A stretch of 64,000 nucleotides of DNA from Promethearchaeota archaeon Loki_b32 (GTDB lineage Archaea > Asgardarchaeota > Lokiarchaeia > Sigyniarchaeales > SOKP01): the NCBI GenBank assembly GCA_005223125.1, contig NJBH01000008.1, positions 81,206 to 145,205 of the forward strand. Reading direction: 5' to 3'. Below the pieces are notes generated by a model. It was not told where the DNA came from. It saw only the letters and a program-made list of their open reading frames with translations, and did no database searches. Shown here one piece after another: positions 58,057-64,000 of this stretch; positions within the stretch are counted from its first letter, which is position 1, and each line of letters opens with the position of its first letter. Made by a program: the position numbers and the translations under genes.

Positions 58057-58859
58057 TGAACACGATTGATTTAAAAGCATGGTACATCGCCAAGAAGAAT
58101 GTAAAGGAAAAACTTAAGAATTTAGGCTCGATGTTTTGGACTGTTATATTTCCAATCATGATGTTGATAGTTTACAAGTTAGCCTTCACTGATGGTGGAG
58201 ATTACATGATAAATGGATTAACAACTTTTGACGTGGAATTTCCTGGAATTGTTGTATATACGATTGGCATGTCCTCTGTAACAAGTGCAGTTATGTTCTC
58301 AATGAGTAAAAAAGATGGAACATTAGAGCGTATAGATTCAATGCCAGTGAGTCGTGGAAATGTATTTTTAGGAGCTGTATTGTCTGAGACCATTTTCATG
58401 AATCTCCAGCTTATTTTAGTATTCGCATTTGGGTATGGGGTTTTAGGGGCTCATTTTGAACTCGCAATGATGCCGCTAGGATACCTGCTTGCTATGATTT
58501 ATGGTGTTGCAGCAGTCGGATTGGGTCTTATTATTGCGAGTTTTCTTAATTCTCCTGAAGGAGCGAATGGATTTGCAATGTTATCTCACATGACTTTAAT
58601 GTTTGTATCTGGTTCATTTTTCCCCTTGGAAAATGTGGGCGTGTTTTTCACTCCAAATTATTATGTCAAACAAGTCTATCTCCAATTGACAGTTGTTGGA
58701 GATTCATTCTCTGATTTGCTGTATAGGGGTAATATTATTACTCCCACTTCTGAAGCCACTTTCATTCCCATATGGGGAGGAATCCTCATGATATTAGCAT
58801 TCACTGCCATATTTATCATTTTAGGAGTTAAAATCTTTCAGAAAAAGACTATACTTTAG
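58056..58859 (+). CDS. ABC-2 exporter permease
   Basis: FW...FP, GTLERI...P, SG.FFP; translationally coupled (TAATG). Confidence 0.9.
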   Translation: MNTIDLKAWYIAKKNVKEKLKNLGSMFWTVIFPIMMLIVYKLAFTDGGDYMINGLTTFDVEFPGIVVYTIGMSSVTSAVMFSMSKKDGTLERIDSMPVSRGNVFLGAVLSETIFMNLQLILVFAFGYGVLGAHFELAMMPLGYLLAMIYGVAAVGLGLIIASFLNSPEGANGFAMLSHMTLMFVSGSFFPLENVGVFFTPNYYVKQVYLQLTVVGDSFSDLLYRGNIITPTSEATFIPIWGGILMILAFTAIFIILGVKIFQKKTIL

Positions 58860-58981
58860 ATTCTTTATAATTTTTTTTTTAAACTTTCTATTTTTTTAAC
58901 TTTTTTTATATTTTTATACAGCTCTTTGGAAAAATATAAAATTTCGATCAAGCAGGATTTCTAATAAAATAATTTAATTTG

Positions 58982-59908
58982 TTATAAACTTCCTATTTTT
59001 TCATTTTTTTTTGATTTTGATTTTATTTCATCCCAAAATTTCTTTTTTAACTGACTCAATTGTTTTTGTTTTAGTTTAACAAAGTATAATGGCCTTTTAG
59101 CAATAACAGGATAATTTCTAATTTTCAAAGATTTGATTAATCCGGCTGATTCTGTTTTATCGGCCATTATCTCGCTCATAATACCAATGTAGTTAGATTC
59201 ACTAACAGTAGAAATGATTGAATCATTATCATTTATTTCTAATTCAATATCCAACTTTTTATAATCTGGAAATTGTTGTTTAAATGTATGTCTCATTCCA
59301 GAGCCTTTTTCTCTCCATATAAAAGGAAATTTAGTAAGATCATCAAAATTTACAGTATCTTTTTCATTTTTTAGTAATTCATGGTTAGGTGAACAGATAA
59401 ATTTAAATTCATCTTCTCCTATTTTGATATAATCAAAATCTCTTTCATTATAATTCATAAAACTCCCAATGCCAGCGAAATCAGCCATTCCTTTTGTTAA
59501 ATTTTCCATAGATTTCTGAGAGTTATTAATCAGTATTTTAAAATTTACATTTGAATTTTTGTTTCTAAAATCCGCTATATACCGAGGTAAAATATGAGAG
59601 CCAGGAATAGTGGATGCGGATATTATAATATCTTCTTCTATTTGATCCTTAAATTTAGAGATTTCTAGTTTACAAGTATCATACAACTCTATTATCTTTC
59701 TAGCATGTTCAAGTAAAAGTTTTCCCGCATTTGTTATTTCAAATTTTTTTGTAGTTCTATCAATTAAAACTACTCCACCAAAATCTTTTTCCAACTGAGA
59801 TATCTGGTGTGATAATGTACTTTGAGAAATAGGAAGTTCTTTTGCTAATTTCGAGAAGCTTCTGAATTGAGTTAATTTAATGAAATTCCTTAAATATTCA
59901 ATATTCAA
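58982..59908 (-). CDS. LysR-family transcriptional regulator (selenium/sulfur-metabolism-associated type)
   Basis: HTH SFS..A.EL..SQSTLS.QI..LE, ASTIPG.HILP, RE.GSG.R. Confidence 0.88.
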   Translation of the reverse strand: MNIEYLRNFIKLTQFRSFSKLAKELPISQSTLSHQISQLEKDFGGVVLIDRTTKKFEITNAGKLLLEHARKIIELYDTCKLEISKFKDQIEEDIIISASTIPGSHILPRYIADFRNKNSNVNFKILINNSQKSMENLTKGMADFAGIGSFMNYNERDFDYIKIGEDEFKFICSPNHELLKNEKDTVNFDDLTKFPFIWREKGSGMRHTFKQQFPDYKKLDIELEINDNDSIISTVSESNYIGIMSEIMADKTESAGLIKSLKIRNYPVIAKRPLYFVKLKQKQLSQLKKKFWDEIKSKSKKNEKIGSL

Positions 59909-59974
59909 CCTATAAATCGCCTTAAAAAAACTGATATTCTAATTATAATATAAAAGAATTTATGTATTTTTATT

Positions 59975-59995
59975 TATCGATTTTTTTAATAGATA
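59975..59995. promoter_or_regulatory. Candidate LysR operator (imperfect palindrome)
   Basis: TATCGA-N9-TAGATA between the divergent lysR and dsrE-like genes. Confidence 0.35.
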
Positions 59996-60083
59996 TTTAC
60001 GAAAAAATTAATAAACATACTACTCTTTATGTAATTACCTAAAGAACGGATTTTTAACAAAAGATTGTTGAGGAACATTTGAT

Positions 60084-60443
60084 ATGGTTGATAAAAGTAA
60101 GACATTTACAATAGTAATTGGAGATGGTGCATACACTAAAGAACGCCCATTCACTATGTTAAGATTTGCTTACACCGCATTATTAGAAGGGCATAAGATT
60201 AATATATTCTTAGTAGAAGATGGTATTTTTGTTGGGAAAAAAAACCAAGATCCTATGGCTTATGATAATATAGGAAAGTGGATGACGGATGTAATTTCTG
60301 AAGGAGCAAATATAAAAGCCTGTGGTGTGTGTATGAAAGCAAGAGGATTGTCTGAAGATGAATTAATAGATGGAATTGAAAAAGCAACGATGAATGCATT
60401 AGTAGAAATGTGTGAAGAAGCAGATAATGTTATATTTGGCTAA
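60084..60443 (+). CDS. DsrE/TusD-like sulfur relay protein
   Basis: Y..E, R.A, IFL..DG, ACGVC..ARG, AD.V. Confidence 0.88.
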   Translation: MVDKSKTFTIVIGDGAYTKERPFTMLRFAYTALLEGHKINIFLVEDGIFVGKKNQDPMAYDNIGKWMTDVISEGANIKACGVCMKARGLSEDELIDGIEKATMNALVEMCEEADNVIFG

Positions 60444-60466
60444 TTATAGAGGAGATTGATTGAACA

Positions 60467-60694
60467 ATGATAGATTCACATAGATTGGATTGTTCTGGAC
60501 TTGTTTGCCCAATGCCAGTAGCAAAGACTAAAAGACGATTGCTTGAAATGGAGAGCGGCGATATTCTTGAAGTTTCTGGTGATTATGCAGAAGCAGGAGA
60601 GAATATAAAACGTTACATAGATAAACGTGAAGACAAGATCTTAGAATTTAAAAGTGAAGGAGAAAATTATTATATGAAAATAGAAAAGGCTTAA
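60467..60694 (+). CDS. tusA: TusA/SirA-family sulfur carrier
   Basis: LDCSGLVCPMPV..TK...M..GD.LEV..D. Confidence 0.88.
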   Translation: MIDSHRLDCSGLVCPMPVAKTKRRLLEMESGDILEVSGDYAEAGENIKRYIDKREDKILEFKSEGENYYMKIEKA

Positions 60695-60848
60695 ATTTAT
60701 TTTTTATTTAGTTTCTTATTTTTTATATTATTCTTTCATCCCAATAGTATTTTTTAATGAATATTTTTATTTAGATTTTGAATTTTATAAATTATGAATA
60801 AAGAATATAAGAGTATGCTAAAAAAATTTGAGAAAATAAATGTAAAAT

Positions 60849-61568
60849 TCAGTATAATCTAATACAGAAAGATACAAAATTCTTTATTATTTCTTCCCCT
60901 AAAAATTGAGTTTTATTTATTTTCTGTTCATCATAGGTATCAACATATCTAGAAGAATGATGAGTTTCAGGGTGAAATTGAATCGAAAAGACAGGTCTTT
61001 TAACATGGCGCATATATTGAATAGTATTACACCCATTTCTTTCTTTAGTAGAATTTATATCGAAATTTTTTTGTAGGATAGAATCTTCTGGATTCACATA
61101 ATCCTGATGATGTACATTTACATGAAGCTTTTCATAAGGAATAAATTCATCAACTCTATCAATTGTTAATTCAACGATTCTACTCCCCTTATTCGACCCG
61201 TTCATTCGTTGAACCTTACCACCGAATGCATATGCAGTTAATTGATGCCCATAACAAATTGCCAAGATGGGTTTTTGGGTTTTTTTTTTAATTAATTTGA
61301 GTTCTTGTTTATATTCATTTCTTAAAATCTTATTAGAATAGAATTCAGACACGTTCGAATCAGACCCTGATAAAATATATCCAGAGATTCCTTTTAATTT
61401 ACTTAAATTTAATCGAGAATAATGAATTAAGTTTATTTCAATGTTTTTAAAATTCTCTTGAATGATATTTGTAATTCTTTCAATACGATCTGTTTGGATT
61501 TTGTGAGTATAATTATCTATTAGACATATTCTCTTTTTGTCGGTCATAAATGTTTTATCTTCATTCAT
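60849..61568 (-). CDS. Class I glutamine amidotransferase (GMP-synthase-like)
   Basis: LIDN, ILSGS, AICYGHQ, QFHPE. Confidence 0.88.
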   Translation of the reverse strand: MNEDKTFMTDKKRICLIDNYTHKIQTDRIERITNIIQENFKNIEINLIHYSRLNLSKLKGISGYILSGSDSNVSEFYSNKILRNEYKQELKLIKKKTQKPILAICYGHQLTAYAFGGKVQRMNGSNKGSRIVELTIDRVDEFIPYEKLHVNVHHQDYVNPEDSILQKNFDINSTKERNGCNTIQYMRHVKRPVFSIQFHPETHHSSRYVDTYDEQKINKTQFLGEEIIKNFVSFCIRLY

Positions 61569-61582
61569 TACTAATTCAGTGT

Positions 61583-61969
61583 TTATTTCCTAATATTTGA
61601 ATTTATTAGCTTTTTAGAGGGGTAATATACATAGGCAAGATAATTTTTTTTAGTTATCGTTTTTACATTTACTACAATTCTGTGATATAAAGATCCCTCT
61701 CCTTCAACTACATCGAGCATATTTAGTAATGATTCACTAACTCCAAAATAAACTTCACCGTTTACATAAGATTTCTCATCTTCTAGAATTATTGGAAATT
61801 CAAGTTCTTGAAGAGAGATTTTACGATATCCGATTATAATTGCTTCTTCAAATGACAAGCCTTTGAGAAGATAGTTACGGCTCTCACCATGTTGCAAAGT
61901 TCCATAAACAAAAAGATTATGAAAATTAAGGTTTATATCATCTTCTTTTTCGTCATTTAAGAATGCCAT
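61583..61969 (-). CDS. Gamma-glutamylcyclotransferase (AIG2-like)
   Basis: LFVYGTL..G..N, GEVY, LD..EG...Y.R, AYVY. Confidence 0.9.
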   Translation of the reverse strand: MAFLNDEKEDDINLNFHNLFVYGTLQHGESRNYLLKGLSFEEAIIIGYRKISLQELEFPIILEDEKSYVNGEVYFGVSESLLNMLDVVEGEGSLYHRIVVNVKTITKKNYLAYVYYPSKKLINSNIRK

Positions 61970-61976
61970 TTTCTTT

Positions 61977-62125
61977 TTATTTTTTATTTGGTTTTCGACA
62001 ACGAATTATTAAAAAATAGGGAATAATTCGACTAGTGTATTCCTCTGGATATCTTTCAAAGGTCTTATCATCAATATAAGGTTCACAAAATTCCTCTAAA
62101 ACAAAACCTTTTTCTATCAATAAAT
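61977..62125 (-). pseudogene. C-terminal fragment of a SAM methyltransferase
   Basis: LIEKGFVLEEFCEP...P...IPYFLIIRCRK resembles a methyltransferase C-terminus; no motif I upstream. Confidence 0.5.
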
Positions 62126-62410
62126 TTAAGTTTAGAAAAATTTTAAATTTTAAACCTAATCCATACATTTATCAACTTACTTGAAATTCTTATTCAAGTT
62201 ATAATATCAAATTATGACATTTTAACCTTTTTACTAAATATTTTTGAAAAAGACAAGTAATAATGATATAAAAAAAATTGATTAGTTAATTAAAAGGATT
62301 ATTCTTCTTTCAAGAAGCGTTCTTTCGTCCACCTTTGTAAGAGAAATCCGCCATAAAAAGTAAAATATTAATAATCTTATAAAAGAGAATTACTTTATTT
62401 TAATAGATTT

Positions 62411-62725
62411 ATGGTTAGTATAACCAATTATTCTGATTTTAAAGATAATGTAGGAAAAAATGTTAAGATTTTAGGAACCTTAGCGAAGGAAATATGGCAA
62501 CATCTCACTACATTCGTTGATTCTCATCCATACATGAATTACTTCGATTTAGATGATGGTTATCAGATGGTAATATATACTAAGGATTCAATCTCTTGTA
62601 ATGAAAAAATTGAAATTATAGGTAAACTGATAAAAACAGAAGGTAGACGTAAAAATCCAAGATCTAAAATCCACGATGAATACTTTGAGTATCAATTACT
62701 CGTGGACTCTTGGAAATGCTTATAG
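62411..62725 (+). CDS. Hypothetical OB-fold-like protein
   Basis: GK.V.I.G.L...IEI.GKL beta pattern. Confidence 0.55.
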   Translation: MVSITNYSDFKDNVGKNVKILGTLAKEIWQHLTTFVDSHPYMNYFDLDDGYQMVIYTKDSISCNEKIEIIGKLIKTEGRRKNPRSKIHDEYFEYQLLVDSWKCL

Positions 62726-62867
62726 TTTAAAAATCTTAACTTCATTCTGCTTTATATTTATATCATTTATAGTGGATTTTGATAGATTTTACAAGAAACA
62801 TCTTTAAATTTTCTAATTTTTATGATGAAGTAATTAGAATTAATAATATATATGAGGTAGAATATAA

Positions 62868-62966
62868 ATGGTAGAAGTCAAATGTTCAAAATGTGGGAAC
62901 ACTTTTGAAGGAAAAACAGAAAAAAAAGCTAAGAAAAAATTAAAGTATTATAACAGTCAAACTTCT
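62868..62966 (+). CDS. Small CxxC protein, possibly truncated
   Basis: GAGGT SD; MVEVKCSKCGNTFEGKTEKKAKKKL; the rest of the tracked ORF overlaps the antisense permease. Confidence 0.35.
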
Positions 62967-63863
62967 TCATTTTTTTGCGATAGTCCTAATATATATTACA
63001 ACAAAACCCATCAAGAGGAGAGTCATCACGACGGATATGGCTGCAGCATATTCGATGGATTCTCCCCAAAAAGCTTTCTCATAAATATAAGTTGTGAGTA
63101 TTTCTGAAGTACCAGCTGGTCCTCCCTCAGTCATTAGCCACACTAAATCAAAAGTTTTACTAAAACACCACACTCCATCAAACATACAAATAGTTAGTAT
63201 CACTGGTTTTAGATGAGGAATTGTTATGTAGAGAAATCTGTACCAAGAACTTGCGCCATCAATAGCTTCTGCTTCATAAAGCTCATCAGGGATAACTTGC
63301 ATACCTTCTAACAGATTCAAGCTGAAAAACGGGAAAAATTTCCAAACGTTTGTAATGCCAATCGCGATCATTACTGTTGAAGTATTACTCAACCAACCGG
63401 GTTTTGGGTCAATTACTTTTAGCCAAGAAGGAATTTGTGCGTATAAACCTATAAGTGGTTGGTACATTAACAGCCACAGAACAGCAGCAACCGCTTGGGG
63501 TACCAACCAAGGAAAGAAATGTAACACTCTTCCTGCGGTCCTAAATTTGATTTTTTGGTTCAGCAATGAAGCAAAAATTAACCCAAGTAACAAGTGGAAA
63601 AATACACTAAAGCTTGCAAAGTAAAAAGTATTTTTTAAAGCAGAAAGAAAACGTCGATCTTGGAGAATTGTTTTATAGTGTTTAAGACCCACAAAAGATA
63701 CTTCTTCTTGAAACAGTGAACTTTCATATAAACTAATTCTGACAACATCAAATACAGGATAGAAAAACATAATCCCTATAAACAAAATTGCAGGTAGACA
63801 ACAGAAGAATCCTTTCCATCCCTTCTTTTTTAACATCTCATTGATGATCCTGTCGCCTTCCAC
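62967..63863 (-). CDS. Carbohydrate ABC transporter permease (MalF/UgpA type)
   Basis: FVGL.HY, NT..F, P...P..V, W...PF, IP.ELYEA..IDGA, FD.VW.MT.GGP. Confidence 0.92.
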   Translation of the reverse strand: MEGDRIINEMLKKKGWKGFFCCLPAILFIGIMFFYPVFDVVRISLYESSLFQEEVSFVGLKHYKTILQDRRFLSALKNTFYFASFSVFFHLLLGLIFASLLNQKIKFRTAGRVLHFFPWLVPQAVAAVLWLLMYQPLIGLYAQIPSWLKVIDPKPGWLSNTSTVMIAIGITNVWKFFPFFSLNLLEGMQVIPDELYEAEAIDGASSWYRFLYITIPHLKPVILTICMFDGVWCFSKTFDLVWLMTEGGPAGTSEILTTYIYEKAFWGESIEYAAAISVVMTLLLMGFVVIYIRTIAKK

Positions 63864-63904
63864 CTCCGCAACCTATTATGAATGAGGAGAAGGGGAAGGC
63901 GACA
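63851..63904 (-). promoter_or_regulatory. GC-rich stem-loop between solute-binding and permease genes
   Basis: TGTCGCCTTCC / GGAAGGCGACA perfect 11-bp inverted repeat, adjoining GGAGG and overlapping the GTG start. Confidence 0.6.
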
Positions 63905-63929
63905 ATTCTGGAACTTTCTGAATTCTCTT

Positions 63930-64000
63930 CTATTTCATTTTTTCCAACATCCTTTTCCATTCTTCTGCTATTTCATCCATCGCTTGTTGCACTAGCTTGC
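63930..64000 (-). CDS. C-terminal end of a probable ABC solute-binding protein (runs off window)
   Basis: ...KLVQQAMDEIAEEWKRMLEKMK*, a typical terminal helix, directly upstream of the permease. Confidence 0.6.
   Translation of the reverse strand, partial: KLVQQAMDEIAEEWKRMLEKMK

Noticed and set aside
58982-62400. Selenoprotein (UGA readthrough) or SECIS near the LysR/DsrE/TusA genes
   Set aside because: DsrE and TusA use Cys at their active positions and end in TAA; no convincing SECIS identified by eye.
1465-63624. Many 60-130 aa ORFs antisense to or nested in long genes (e.g. 1465, 2099, 2931, 4698, 20298, 31876, 35546, 38422, 54183, 55631, 63355)
   Set aside because: They overlap well-supported genes and lack motifs; treated as shadow ORFs.

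Overview
AT-rich archaeal window, almost certainly Lokiarchaeia (Asgard). Evidence: an eL22 homologue, four Rab/Ras-like small GTPases, a longin-roadblock fusion, IPG[F/Y]-TM-basic C-terminal sorting tails, form III RuBisCO, aIF2-gamma, aIF1A, Spt5 and TFS. The main finding is non-coding, at 15405-15660: a 5S rRNA gene that is both circularly permuted (3' half before 5' half, helix I closed by a UUUG loop) and split by a 30-nt intron in loop C. Both junctions lie in bulge-helix-bulge-like motifs. Cutting and ligating them at the standard archaeal splicing-endonuclease positions rebuilds a canonical 5S rRNA as a 120-nt circle. Other highlights: a circularly permuted Rab-like GTPase (G3-G4-G5-G1-G2); a halocin-C8-like secreted rhodanese/poly-Pro/10-Cys precursor with three paralogous candidate immunity genes and a relic precursor; a ~13-kb island (nucleoside ABC transporter, FdrA/DUF1116/DUF2877, carbamate kinase) bounded by a 139-bp duplication of a thioredoxin-gene 3' end; a single-gene insertion bounded by a 60-bp duplication; and several unusual domain fusions. 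All calls come from manual motif reading and base-pairing. No database searches or folding programs were run.
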